NCBI GenBank assembly: GCA_035255365.1
Contig: DATEZS010000031.1
Location: 12,940-76,939, forward strand
Direction: 5' to 3'
From: Geothrix sp.
Lineage (GTDB): Bacteria; Acidobacteriota; Holophagae; Holophagales; Holophagaceae
Length of the DNA: 64,000 nucleotides
Shown: positions 7,867 to 19,055 of the stretch, piece after piece
Layout: every line of letters begins with the position of its first letter
Position numbering within the stretch: position 1 is the first letter of the stretch
Notes under the pieces: model-generated
Databases searched by the model: none
What the model was told of the DNA's origin: nothing
What the model saw: only the letters and a program-made list of their open reading frames with translations
Translations under genes and position numbers: made by a program

Positions 7867-10302
7867 ATGCGGAACTCTTCCAAGATCTTCATCGGGAGCC
7901 TCTTCCTCGCAGGGCTCCTGGGCTGCTCCCTGTCCTCCACCGACTACCCGGCCCAGGCCAAGCCCTCGGGTGACGTGAAACTCACCATCCTGCAGACCAC
8001 GGATGTGCACCACCATGCCAATGGCACCGGCCACATCGGCGTAGACAGCCACCTCGCCACCATGGATGCCTATCGTGGCATCGAGGGCTCCTATGCCCGC
8101 ATGTCGGCCTATGTGAACCAGGTTCGTTCCAGCGCCGGTAATGAAGTGGTGCTCGTGGATTCCGGCGACTGGTCCATGGGGACCATCTACGACCTAACCC
8201 TCGGGCAGCAACCCCTGGCCATGCGCTTCATCGACACCATGCGCTACGACTGCGTGACCCTGGGCAACCACGAGTTCGACTACACCCCCAAGGGCCTGGC
8301 GACGATGCTCGGCGCGGCCGAGGCCTCCTTCACGTTCCACACGCCCATCGTGGCCTCCAACGTCAATCTCAACGGCAACACCGATTTGGCCCCCTACATC
8401 GGGGCGACCAAGCTGGTCCAGCCCACCCACGTCGAAGTGCTGCCCAACGGCCTGCGCGTCGGCTACATCGGGCTCATGGGCAAGGCCGCCTCCGCGGCGG
8501 CCCCCGCCTCGGCACCCGTCTCCTTCACGGACTTCAGCGCCAACTACGCCCCCGTCCAAACCCTGGTCGATGGGCTCAGGACCACCCAGAAGTGCGACGT
8601 GGTCATCGCCCTCTCCCATTCCGGCACCGATGCCACCGGCAACGCGGGCGAGGATGTGGATCTGGCCCGGCACGTCACCGGCATCGATGTCATCGCCTCG
8701 GGCCACATGCACAATCCCCTCAGCAACGCCCACACTGTGACCAATGGCGGCTGGACCACCCAGATCATCTGCTCCGGCGCTTATGGCACCAACGTCGCCC
8801 GCATCGATCTCACGGTCCACATCGGCAGCCACACCAGCAGCCTCCTGGCTTCCAGCAACGTGGCCATGACGGACGCCGCGCTCACGGCGGAGCATGCGGG
8901 CCTCAAACCCGATGCGGCGTTCGATTACCTGGTGCGCGCCAACGACCAGCAGCTGAATCAGGCCCTGGCACCGATCTTCACGGCCTCCTTCCCCGACTAC
9001 AATCCCGCCGACCTCTCCAAGGGCATCTTCCACACCGTGGGCCTCGCCGCCCAGGACATGCTTTCCAACGAGCGGAATCCCGTCCTGTGCCCCTCAGGGC
9101 TGGGCAGCCTTACCGCCGACGCCGTGCGGGCCACCCCCAACGGCATCATCGTGCAAGTGCTCATGGCCATGGGCTGGAATGGCAGCCCCACGGATCCCAA
9201 CCTCCCCGATTATCTGAGCGTGGCACGCGGCATGGGCATCGATCCCACCTTCTTCCAGGGCGGCCTGGTGGCCACCGGGGTCCTCCGGGGTACCCTCAAG
9301 TCGGCCGTGCCACTCAGTTTCACGGACATCTACAATGTGCTGCCCCTGGGCATCACGCCGGATACCAGCCAGGCTCTGCCCGTGGGCTATCCCCTGGTGT
9401 CGGCCTACCTCGAACTGGCGGATCTCAAGAAGATCTGCGCCCTCCAGCTCGTCGCCCAGACCAACCTGGTGCCTTCCGACTTCTACCTGAATCTGTCGGG
9501 CATCAAATACGACCTGAAGGCCACAGAGTCTGGCACCTACTTCAAATACGCCTCCGCCGCGGCCATTCTCCAGGTCACCAGCCAGAAGGCGGCCATGGGC
9601 TCGACCGCCGCCCTGCAGGCCCTGATGGCCCTTTCCAGTCTCGGCACTGACAGCGGAGCGGCCCTCCTGGCTGCCTCCGGTGCCGGCAACCCCTTCGCCA
9701 CAGCCATGGTCAACCTGAATGAAAGCGCGCCCAGCGCCGCCAACCTGCAGGTCCTGGGCGAGGTTGCCGCCACCGCCGCCGCCGATGCCACCGCCGGCAC
9801 CACGCATCTCAATGCCCTGATCGTGGGGAAGGCCCTGGCCGCCATTGATACCGTGTCGGGTTTCGCCCCCTCGGATGCGGCCTGCACGGGTGCCACGGCG
9901 CCCTTGCCCGCCACGGGCCGCTATCGGCTGGCGGCGGACCTCTATGCCGTGCTCATGATGGGTGCCGCCGAAGCCCAGTTCGGGCAGGGCATCATCGCCT
10001 ACCAGGGAGCCACGGGCAGCGCGGTGCTCAGCGCCGCCGACATGCCGGGACTCTTGTCGAAGCGCATCAATGCGGATCCCACCAGCGCCTCCATCGTTGA
10101 ACTCAAGGAATGGATGGCGCTCCTGAACTATGTGGGCGTGGGCCTTGGCGGAAGCATTGATCAGGCCTATGCCTCGACCCCGATGTTCACGGATTTCCCG
10201 ACGGCTTTCGGTCCCGCCGTCACCACCCGGAATGCGTCCTATCCCCTGGCCAGCATTGGGCAGCTGATGGCCACCCTGCAGGGACTCACGGCCGCTCCCT
10301 GA
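7867..10302 (+). CDS. Lipoprotein metallophosphoesterase / 5'-nucleotidase family protein
   Basis: Lipobox LLGC; calcineurin-like motifs TDVH, DSGD, GNHEFD, SHSG, GHMH; 5'-nucleotidase C-terminal-like region (TDIYNVLPLG). Confidence 0.85.
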   Translation: MRNSSKIFIGSLFLAGLLGCSLSSTDYPAQAKPSGDVKLTILQTTDVHHHANGTGHIGVDSHLATMDAYRGIEGSYARMSAYVNQVRSSAGNEVVLVDSGDWSMGTIYDLTLGQQPLAMRFIDTMRYDCVTLGNHEFDYTPKGLATMLGAAEASFTFHTPIVASNVNLNGNTDLAPYIGATKLVQPTHVEVLPNGLRVGYIGLMGKAASAAAPASAPVSFTDFSANYAPVQTLVDGLRTTQKCDVVIALSHSGTDATGNAGEDVDLARHVTGIDVIASGHMHNPLSNAHTVTNGGWTTQIICSGAYGTNVARIDLTVHIGSHTSSLLASSNVAMTDAALTAEHAGLKPDAAFDYLVRANDQQLNQALAPIFTASFPDYNPADLSKGIFHTVGLAAQDMLSNERNPVLCPSGLGSLTADAVRATPNGIIVQVLMAMGWNGSPTDPNLPDYLSVARGMGIDPTFFQGGLVATGVLRGTLKSAVPLSFTDIYNVLPLGITPDTSQALPVGYPLVSAYLELADLKKICALQLVAQTNLVPSDFYLNLSGIKYDLKATESGTYFKYASAAAILQVTSQKAAMGSTAALQALMALSSLGTDSGAALLAASGAGNPFATAMVNLNESAPSAANLQVLGEVAATAAADATAGTTHLNALIVGKALAAIDTVSGFAPSDAACTGATAPLPATGRYRLAADLYAVLMMGAAEAQFGQGIIAYQGATGSAVLSAADMPGLLSKRINADPTSASIVELKEWMALLNYVGVGLGGSIDQAYASTPMFTDFPTAFGPAVTTRNASYPLASIGQLMATLQGLTAAP

Positions 10303-10343
10303 AGCCAACGCACCCGCCGGGTGCAGCCTTCAGCAACGAACTG

Positions 10344-10395
10344 CCGCTGCCCACAGGCCGAAGATGAATGATCATCTTCGGTCTGTGGGCAGCGG
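10344..10395. repeat. 24-bp-stem inverted repeat (REP-like hairpin or terminator) between convergent genes
   Basis: CCGCTGCCCACAGGCCGAAGATGA-ATGA-TCATCTTCGGTCTGTGGGCAGCGG, with one G-T pair and no U-tract. Confidence 0.7.
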
Positions 10396-10422
10396 TGCAC
10401 TGCTCCCGATGCGACCTTCGTC

Positions 10423-11892
10423 TTAACGGCTCCGGACGCGCCCCACGGCTTCCAACCAGCCGTCGTACAGACCCTCCCGCCGCTCACGGGTCATGCCGGG
10501 TTCGAAGCGGCGATCCCGCGCCCAGTGCCCTGCCACATCCTGGAAGCTGCCGAAGAGCCCGGCTCCAAGACCCGCCAGGTAGGCCGCGCCCAGAGCGGTG
10601 GTTTCGGCCACCACGGGCCGCTCCACGGGCGTTTCGAGCAGATCCGCCAGGAACTGCATCAGCCAGTTGTTGGCGACCATGCCCCCATCCACCCGAAGCG
10701 TCGCGGGAAGACTAGCGCCGTCGGCCCGCATGGCTTCCAACAGATCGCGGGTCTGGTAGCAGACGGATTCCAGAGCGGCCCGGACGATCTCGCCGATGCC
10801 GGAATCGCGCGTGAGGCCAAGGACGGCGCCCCGGGCCAGGGGATCCCAGTAGGGCGCGCCGAGCCCCGTGAAGGCAGGCACCAGATAGACGCCGCGGGTG
10901 CCTTCGATGCTCTTGGCCCATTGCTCGCTTTCCTCGGCGCTGCCGATGAGCTTCACGGCGTCGCGGAGCCACTGGACCGCGGCACCGGCCATGAAGATGC
11001 TGCCTTCCAGGGCGTAGGTCGATTGGCCGTCCAGCCGGTAGGCGAGGGTGCTCAGCAGCCGGTTGCGGGAACGGACGATCCGGTTCCCCGTGTTCATCAC
11101 CATGAAACAGCCGGTGCCGTAAGTGGACTTGACCATGCCGGGTGCCAGACAGGCCTGGCCCACCGTGGCCGCCTGCTGATCCCCGGCTGCGCCACGAATG
11201 GGAATGGCGCGGCCGAAGAGACCAGGAGCCGTCAGGCCGAAGTCCGCGGCGCAGTCCTTCACCTCGGGCAGCAGCGGTCGCGGCACGCCGAAGAAGGCCA
11301 GCAGTTCTGCGTCCCACTCACTGCGCTCGAGGTTGAAGAGCAGGGTGCGTGAGGCATTGGTGGCATCGGTCGCGTGGACCTTGCCACCGCTGAGCTTCCA
11401 GATGAGCCAGCTGTCGATGGTGCCGAAGGCCAGTTCCCCGGCCTCGGCTCGTCGGCGGGCACCGGGAATGTGATCGAGTAGCCAGACGATCTTGCTGGCG
11501 GAAAAATAGGGGTCCAGCAGGAGCCCCGTCTTCCCGCTGATCCAGGCTTCATGCTCGATGCGCTCCTGGCACCACTCGGCGGTGCGGCGATCCTGCCACA
11601 CGATGGCGGGATGGATGGGTTCCCCGGTCTTCCGGTCCCAGATCACGGTGGTTTCCCGCTGGTTGGTGATCCCCATGGCCGCCACCCCACCGCCATCCTG
11701 AGCGAGCACCGTGCGGCAGGTCTCGAGCGTGTCCTGCCAAATGCTCCGGGCATCATGTTCCACCCAGCCATCCTGCGGATAGGCCTGGGGCAGTTCCACC
11801 TGGGCCTTGGCCAGGACCACGCCATCGAGACCGAAGCGCATGGCTCGCGTGCTGGTCGTGCCCTGATCGATGGCGAGAAGGGAGTGGGACAT
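10423..11892 (-). CDS. glpK: Glycerol kinase
   Basis: [71 protein letters not shown]. Confidence 0.96.
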   Translation of the reverse strand: MSHSLLAIDQGTTSTRAMRFGLDGVVLAKAQVELPQAYPQDGWVEHDARSIWQDTLETCRTVLAQDGGGVAAMGITNQRETTVIWDRKTGEPIHPAIVWQDRRTAEWCQERIEHEAWISGKTGLLLDPYFSASKIVWLLDHIPGARRRAEAGELAFGTIDSWLIWKLSGGKVHATDATNASRTLLFNLERSEWDAELLAFFGVPRPLLPEVKDCAADFGLTAPGLFGRAIPIRGAAGDQQAATVGQACLAPGMVKSTYGTGCFMVMNTGNRIVRSRNRLLSTLAYRLDGQSTYALEGSIFMAGAAVQWLRDAVKLIGSAEESEQWAKSIEGTRGVYLVPAFTGLGAPYWDPLARGAVLGLTRDSGIGEIVRAALESVCYQTRDLLEAMRADGASLPATLRVDGGMVANNWLMQFLADLLETPVERPVVAETTALGAAYLAGLGAGLFGSFQDVAGHWARDRRFEPGMTRERREGLYDGWLEAVGRVRSR

Positions 11893-12118
11893 TTGCCGAT
11901 TCCTGTCTGGTACCACTCAGTCTAGGGCCCTCTTCAAGGTCCCTCGCGAATGGTCTTCAGGAATCGCTCCTTCCATCAGCACCCTGAGCGCCTCCACCGT
12001 TCAGCACGAGGGAGGTTTACAGAAAGGAAGGCGGCTGAACGGCAAAGTCCTATCTGGAAGGAGTCAAGGCGGTAGAATCGGCGGTACATCCCGAACCCAG
12101 CCAAAGGACGCATCCCGT

Positions 12119-14557
12119 ATGGCCTCCTTCTATGAATTCTTCATGACCTTCCAGCGGGCCCTCAAGGCCCTGCAGCTGTATACGCCTGGCCACCCCCGCC
12201 ATCAGGAGTCCATCACCGCCCTCCACCACGCCTATGGCCAGTTCCTCCAGGACCGGAACCAGGTCCAGATCGCCACCCGGAATGGACGCCTATTCGTCGA
12301 CCGGCAGATGGAGGACATCGACAACCTTCAGATCCGGGCCATGGCCCGCGCCTTCGAAGAACGAAGCATCTACGCCATGACGCTGTTCCCCGGTGCTTCC
12401 CCCCAGGAGCTGACCGCCCTCCTTTCGGCCCTGAACATGAAACCCGCCGCCCTGCGCGCCGCCGGAGGCGCCAAGAAGCTTCTCGAGGACCAGGGGGTGA
12501 CCCAGATCCGGATCCTCGCGGCCCGCCTGGAGGATGTCTCCGAAGCGGGTGAAGTCGCCGCGGCTTTGCTGGAATCCGTAGGCGGACTTCCTGGAACTTC
12601 CGGGGCCGGGGGCGATTCCCTAGGGCGTATCCAGCTGGCTCCCTGGCCCTCCCCCACCATCCCAGGAAGGCCTGGCAGCCCAGGGAACGGCTCTGGTTCC
12701 GATCCGGGGTTCGGTCCAGGCCGCGGCTCCGGAGCACAACCAGGCACCCGGATCCTCGCCGGCGTCCCCCAACCCGGCAGGAACACCAGCCAGGACATGG
12801 GCACCGTCGTCGGACAAGTGCAGGCCTTCCTCTCCTCGCTCCACGGCGGCAGCCATGCCCCCATGGACATCAGCGGATTCGGAGGCTTCCTGGAGGGGAT
12901 GGGCCTGGACCGCCAGGGCAACCAGCCCAACACCCAGGGCGTCATCATGAAAGCCGTGTCCTCTCTGGAAAACGCGCCCATGCTAGGCGTCCTCCAGGGC
13001 GCGGCGGACCTCCGGCCGGGTCCCCTCCGGGCTCTGTTCGGCCGCTTATCCAGCACCATCGCGGCGCCTGGGTTGGCCACGGCCTTCAGCCAGGGAGCCA
13101 TGTCTCCGCAACAGCTCATGGAGACTGCCGACCGCCTGAGGACCCTCGCCCCCTCCCCCCAGACCTTCGTCAAACAGCTGGAGGAGGCGCTGCGGCAGCA
13201 GGGCATGTCCGAAAAAGAGCTCGGCGAGCTGGTGGACATTCTCACCTGGGAGAGCCGCCCCACGGAGGAGCGCGTCAAAGCCCTCCTCCAGGGTCAGCGG
13301 ATCTTCGAGATGCCCGTGGACAAGGTGTTGGCCTTCCTGCGGGAGCTTCTGGAAGCTGGCCGGAACACCGAATTCCTCCGGCTCATGCGCCACTACGCGA
13401 CGGGGCTTGTTGTGCCCGCGGTGGCCCGCCGGCTGGCGGTGGCCCAGGCCTTCGAGAAGATCGCCGATTGGGTGGATATGCCGGGCATGCCCACCGGCAT
13501 TCTGGATGAGCTGATGGACCTTCTGACCCGGGGCTACGGGCGGGAGAAGGATCCAGAGGTGCATCAGTGGTTCTCCAAAGCCCTGGAACACATCATCTGG
13601 TTCTGGGTCGAATCGTCCGAGCCCCAGCGGGCCTGTGCGATCTTCGAGGGCCTCCAGGATGTGGTCACGGAACTCAGCCTGCCCGCCGCATGGAAGGAAC
13701 AGGCCACCGAGGACCTCCGCGGGCGCCTCGGCTCCCCGGAACGCGTGGACAAACTGCTGAGTCTCCTCTTCCATCTGGACCGCCCCGCCGCCGCCGCCCA
13801 GATCCATCCCATCCTTCGGATCCTCGGTACCTCGGCCGCAAACCACCTGACCGAGCGCCTTTCCCAGGAAACGGACCGAAGCCGCCGCAGCCGTCTCCTG
13901 GAGGCCTTGAAGGCCTGCGGGCAGACCGCTGAGCTGCCTCTCCTCGAGTCCCTGAAATCCAGCGAATGGTTCGTCGTGCGCAATGCCCTCATCGTCCTGG
14001 GGGAGGTGGCCGGTCCGGAGCGGGTTTCCGACCTGCTGCCCTACCTGAACCACGCGGACCTCCGCGTGGAGACAGCCGCCGTCCGGACGATCGCGAGGCT
14101 GGGCGGCCGGGAGGCCGAAAGTGCCCTCGGCCACCTTCTGACCACCCGCACGGATGCCGCGCTCCTGCTCGAAGTGCTGTTCCTCCTCGGCGAATTGAAA
14201 TCGCGCAACTCGATCCCAGCCATCCTGGCCCTCATCAAGACCAGCAAGGGACGCACCCGGCCCGGTCACGACAAGGTTCGCGAGAAGGCCGTCGAGGTCC
14301 TCGGTCACCTGGGTTCTCCCGCAGCCATCCCCGAACTCGCACTCCTACTCCATCGGCAGAAGGGCTTCTTCCGGGACACCAAGGAACCCTTGCCCATCCG
14401 CATCCTGGCCCTCCACGCACTTCAGGCCATAGGAACTCCCGAAGCCCTGGCGGAGATCACAAGGCTGCTGGAAGCCGAACCGGCAGGACCGGAATGGGAC
14501 GCCCTCCACGAGGCGACCACCCAGCATCGCCCTGCGACGGGCTTGGACAGCAAATGA
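12119..14557 (+). CDS. HEAT-repeat domain protein
   Basis: ATG at 12119. N-terminal LYTPGHP domain, Gly/Pro-rich linker, C-terminal HEAT repeats (WFVVRNALIVLG, VREKAVEVLG). Confidence 0.8.
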   Translation: MASFYEFFMTFQRALKALQLYTPGHPRHQESITALHHAYGQFLQDRNQVQIATRNGRLFVDRQMEDIDNLQIRAMARAFEERSIYAMTLFPGASPQELTALLSALNMKPAALRAAGGAKKLLEDQGVTQIRILAARLEDVSEAGEVAAALLESVGGLPGTSGAGGDSLGRIQLAPWPSPTIPGRPGSPGNGSGSDPGFGPGRGSGAQPGTRILAGVPQPGRNTSQDMGTVVGQVQAFLSSLHGGSHAPMDISGFGGFLEGMGLDRQGNQPNTQGVIMKAVSSLENAPMLGVLQGAADLRPGPLRALFGRLSSTIAAPGLATAFSQGAMSPQQLMETADRLRTLAPSPQTFVKQLEEALRQQGMSEKELGELVDILTWESRPTEERVKALLQGQRIFEMPVDKVLAFLRELLEAGRNTEFLRLMRHYATGLVVPAVARRLAVAQAFEKIADWVDMPGMPTGILDELMDLLTRGYGREKDPEVHQWFSKALEHIIWFWVESSEPQRACAIFEGLQDVVTELSLPAAWKEQATEDLRGRLGSPERVDKLLSLLFHLDRPAAAAQIHPILRILGTSAANHLTERLSQETDRSRRSRLLEALKACGQTAELPLLESLKSSEWFVVRNALIVLGEVAGPERVSDLLPYLNHADLRVETAAVRTIARLGGREAESALGHLLTTRTDAALLLEVLFLLGELKSRNSIPAILALIKTSKGRTRPGHDKVREKAVEVLGHLGSPAAIPELALLLHRQKGFFRDTKEPLPIRILALHALQAIGTPEALAEITRLLEAEPAGPEWDALHEATTQHRPATGLDSK

Positions 14558-14561
14558 TCCG

Positions 14562-15539
14562 CTAGTCCTGGTCCAGGTTCACCAGGGTGGGAAGCTTCCA
14601 GCGGACGCCGCGGGTGGCCTCTTCCTTCATGGCCTCCTGGAGCGCCGATTCGGCCCTCCGGAGGGCCGCGTGCAGCAGCAGGTCATCCCGGTCCGGCATC
14701 CAGAGGGTGGCGCCCATGGGGGGATGCCCAAGGTCCGCGGCGAGCCGCTCGAGCAGGATCGTGGCACCCTCCTGGAGCGTCTGGGGGAGCAGCAGCAGAT
14801 AGCGGTTGGGCGACTGTTCCACCAGCAGATCATTTCCCCGCAGAGACTGCATGGCCGAGCGGAGCCGTTTTCCGTCCACCTCGCCCTGCCCGCTCCAGAG
14901 CGCCAGGCTCAGGCTTTCCTTGTTCCGGCGGGCCTGATGCATGTGCCCCTGGAGCCAGACCTCCAGGTAGCGCCCATTGGGAAGCCCCGTGAGCTCGCTC
15001 TCCAGGGCGCTGTCCTGCACGATGGCCGAAGAGAGGGCCAGGGACTCCTGCGCCACCTGAAGCTCGTATTTCATGTTCTCGAGTTCCAGCACGCGACCGA
15101 GGAGCCCAGCCACGGATTTGATGAAATCCAGGTCCTCGGGTCCGAAGGCGAAAGGCTGGCTGTGCAGAACGGCCAGAGTGCCCACCGGCACGCCCCGCTC
15201 CCGGAGCACGACCCCGGCGAAAGCCCGCAGCCAGGGGCCCCCTTCCGAGGCGAAGACGGTACCCAGAGCCAGGCTGCCATCGGGCTCCTTCATGACCCGC
15301 TCACAGAGGCGCAGGCTCTGGTGGAGTTCCACGGGCTCCCGGGCACCGGTCCCCGCCTGCACCCACCAGAAGGTATCCAGCTTCCCCTGGGAAAGCCGCA
15401 TCATCACGGCATGGTCCACCAGGAACTGGCGCACCAGCAGTTCCAGGCTGGCGTCATAGAGGGAGAAGGGATCCGGATCCTGGTTCCGCAGCAACTCCCC
15501 CAGCGCCCGCATTGCGCGACCCGGCTTCACATCCAGCAT
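14562..15539 (-). CDS. GAF domain protein with degenerate GGDEF-like domain
   Basis: GAF (RAFAGVVL...GTLAV...PFAF..EDLDFI), coiled coil, LTGLPNGRY, then R..DLL...QSPNRY in place of GGDEF. Start approximate. Confidence 0.7.
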   Translation of the reverse strand: MLDVKPGRAMRALGELLRNQDPDPFSLYDASLELLVRQFLVDHAVMMRLSQGKLDTFWWVQAGTGAREPVELHQSLRLCERVMKEPDGSLALGTVFASEGGPWLRAFAGVVLRERGVPVGTLAVLHSQPFAFGPEDLDFIKSVAGLLGRVLELENMKYELQVAQESLALSSAIVQDSALESELTGLPNGRYLEVWLQGHMHQARRNKESLSLALWSGQGEVDGKRLRSAMQSLRGNDLLVEQSPNRYLLLLPQTLQEGATILLERLAADLGHPPMGATLWMPDRDDLLLHAALRRAESALQEAMKEEATRGVRWKLPTLVNLDQD

Positions 15540-15656
15540 CGGCTTGCCAGTCCTGTTGTGCGGTAACACCATTCGGTCGCCACCTCCGGAAGAGGACGCA
15601 AGCATACCGCAGAGCCGGTTGGATCCGGCTCTGCGGCAGACCGACCTGCTTTCGAA

Positions 15657-16997
<1,341 letters not shown>

Positions 16998-17484
16998 TTA
17001 GCGACTTGAAAAGCGGCTGGCAAAACCGAAGGACGGCTGAATCCTAGTGACGCTTTCTTCTTGAGTCAACCAATGTTTTTCAAGGCTTCAAGCAACCTCT
17101 AGGATGTCTGAAAAACACCTATAAAGAGAGCGATTGCTGCATTCGTATCTTTCCCGCCCGGCCTGAAAACGCTTCCGCATGAGGGCGGAAAGGGGAATCT
17201 GAAAAACCCCGTGAGTCAGGAAGAACCAAGCAAAAGCGACGAACCGGCCCGACCTTCTGCCAAAAGCTGAAAATGCTTGAGATTTCGTGAACGGCTGACA
17301 CGAACGGTCTCGGCTCTGGTTCCGGCACCACTCGGAAAATTAACAACACTTAACAGCCCGCGACCAACCGCATACCTAGAATTAGACCAGTTCCTGCCCA
17401 ATTTCCTTGCCTCGAAGCCCTAAATAGAATCACCCGCGGCGGGATCCATCTGACCTGCCTCCCTCCCAACAACGCGTGAACCCC

Positions 17485-17706
17485 ATGACACGAGCGACCC
17501 TTTGCACTGAAGCTCACGCCCCCGCTCACCAAGTGGTGGCGGATTGGCTGTCAAAGTGGTCTGGGCAGCTCCGGTATTGCTCGGGAAACGTGGGCTGCGG
17601 TTGCTGCCTGGACATCTACCATGTTGAAGCGCCCGATGAGGCCCTCGCTGAACTGCCCCGGAACGTGTTCGCCCTCAGTGACTGGACGGAGTTGTCGGTT
17701 TCCTAG
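17485..17706 (+). CDS. Small hypothetical protein with GCGCC motif
   Basis: MTRATL...W..W...L.Y.S.NVGCGCCLDIYHVEAP.EAL.ELP; protein-like composition; weak RBS; start uncertain (17476 or 17485). Confidence 0.5.
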   Translation: MTRATLCTEAHAPAHQVVADWLSKWSGQLRYCSGNVGCGCCLDIYHVEAPDEALAELPRNVFALSDWTELSVS

Positions 17707-17887
17707 GCACTGAAGCAAGTTGAAAGCCCCGACCCGGAAAACCGCGAAAGGCTCCATGGCCGGAGGCCACATGCGGCCAACCAGATCACCCTGCTCATTG
17801 CGGAAGAGTTGCTTGAATGACCCATCCAACGTGAGAGTGGGCGGGATGGTTAAACCTGGCGCGGGCATCCAGGAAACGTACCGATAT

Positions 17888-17915
17888 AAAACAACAGCCA
17901 CCTAGGCGGTGGCTG
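17888..17915 (-). terminator. Intrinsic terminator after tRNA-Lys
   Basis: Minus strand CAGCCACC-loop-GGTGGCTG followed by TTGTTTT. Confidence 0.75.
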
Positions 17916-17923
17916 CGTTTTCT

Positions 17924-18000
17924 TGGTGGTCCCTCCCGGGCTCGAACCGGGGACCCTCTGATTAAGAGTCAGATGCTCTAACCAACTGAGCTAAGGGACC
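17924..18000 (-). tRNA. tRNA-Lys (anticodon CTT)
   Basis: GGTCCCTTAGCTCAGTTGGTTAGAGCATCTGACTCTTAATCAGAGGGTCCCCGGTTCGAGCCCGGGAGGGACCACCA folds as a cloverleaf with TTCGA T-loop and encoded CCA. Confidence 0.97.
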
Positions 18001-18059
18001 GCGAGAAGGAAAGTCTACCAGGGACCGCAAGGAACGCAAGAGCGAGTCTCAGCGCGGTC

Positions 18060-19052
18060 TCAGAGTGAGGGCAGCTTCATGGCGTCCTTCACCTCCGCCA
18101 TGGTGCCTGCGGCCACGGTGCGGGCCCGGGCGCTGCCATCCCTCAGCACCGATTCGATGTCGCCGGGGCGGGAGAGGTGGGCTTCGATCTGGTCCCGGAC
18201 GGGTTCGATGCGGCTGGTCATGGCTTCGGCTACCCGCTTCTTGCAGTCGAAGCAGCCGATGCCCGCGCGGCGGCACTCCACGTTCACGAGGTCGATGGTC
18301 GCCTGGTCGCTGAAGAGCTTGTGGAACTCGAAGACGGGGCAGATATCGGGATTGCCTGGATCGGTCTTGCGGAGGCGGGCCGGGTCGGATGCCATCTGGC
18401 GCGTGCACTTCTCCAGGATGGCGGCGTTGGAATCACGCAGGTAGATGCAGTTCCCGTAGCTCTTGGACATCTTCCGGCCATCAAGGCCCGGCACCTTGGG
18501 GGTCTTGGTGAGCACCGCCTCAGGTTCTGGAAACACCTCCCGCTGGTAGATGAAGTTGAAGCGCCGCACCACCTCTCGCGCCAGTTCCAGATGAAAGAGC
18601 TGATCCTCCCCCACGGGCACCTTGTGGGCCTTGTAGAGGACGATGTCCGCGGTCTGCAGCAACGGGTAGCCGAGGAAGCCGTAGCTGCCGAGATCCGCCA
18701 GGGCGTTCTGCAGCTTTTCCTTGTAGGTGGGTACCCGCTCCAGCCAGGAAAGCGGCGTCATCATGGAGAACAGCAGGTGCAGCTCGGCATGCTCCTTCAC
18801 CAGGCTCTGGACGAAGAGGGTGGCTTTGTCGGGATCCAACCCGGCAGCCAGATAAGTGGCGGTGAGTTCCAGGGTGGACGGCCAGATGTCCCCCACGGAT
18901 TCGTATTTGGAAGTCAGCGCGTGCCAGTCCGCGATCATGTAGAAGGCCTCGCCCTGACCCTGAAGAAGGGCGAAATTGTCCAGGGCGCCCACCAGGTGGC
19001 CGATGTGCAGAGAGCCCGAAGGCTGAATGCCGGAGAGAATGCGCTGCTGCAT
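18060..19052 (-). CDS. trpS: Tryptophan--tRNA ligase
   Basis: SGIQPSG, HIGH, YPLLQTADI, VPVGEDQ, KMSKS. Confidence 0.97.
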   Translation of the reverse strand: MQQRILSGIQPSGSLHIGHLVGALDNFALLQGQGEAFYMIADWHALTSKYESVGDIWPSTLELTATYLAAGLDPDKATLFVQSLVKEHAELHLLFSMMTPLSWLERVPTYKEKLQNALADLGSYGFLGYPLLQTADIVLYKAHKVPVGEDQLFHLELAREVVRRFNFIYQREVFPEPEAVLTKTPKVPGLDGRKMSKSYGNCIYLRDSNAAILEKCTRQMASDPARLRKTDPGNPDICPVFEFHKLFSDQATIDLVNVECRRAGIGCFDCKKRVAEAMTSRIEPVRDQIEAHLSRPGDIESVLRDGSARARTVAAGTMAEVKDAMKLPSL

Positions 19053-19055
19053 GGA

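Noticed and set aside
6220-8052. N-terminal extension of the 859-aa minus-strand ORF
   Set aside because: Antisense to the FadL gene. Only 5473-6219 has esterase motifs, so this is not a fusion protein.
17000-17060. c-di-GMP-I riboswitch-like GGCAAA motif (also near 12041)
   Set aside because: The downstream GAAA-loop stem and GACGCAAAG elements are missing.
17551-17905. ORFs 17551-17901 (-) and 17720-17905 (+)
   Set aside because: No RBS or recognisable motif; they overlap the tRNA terminator and each other.
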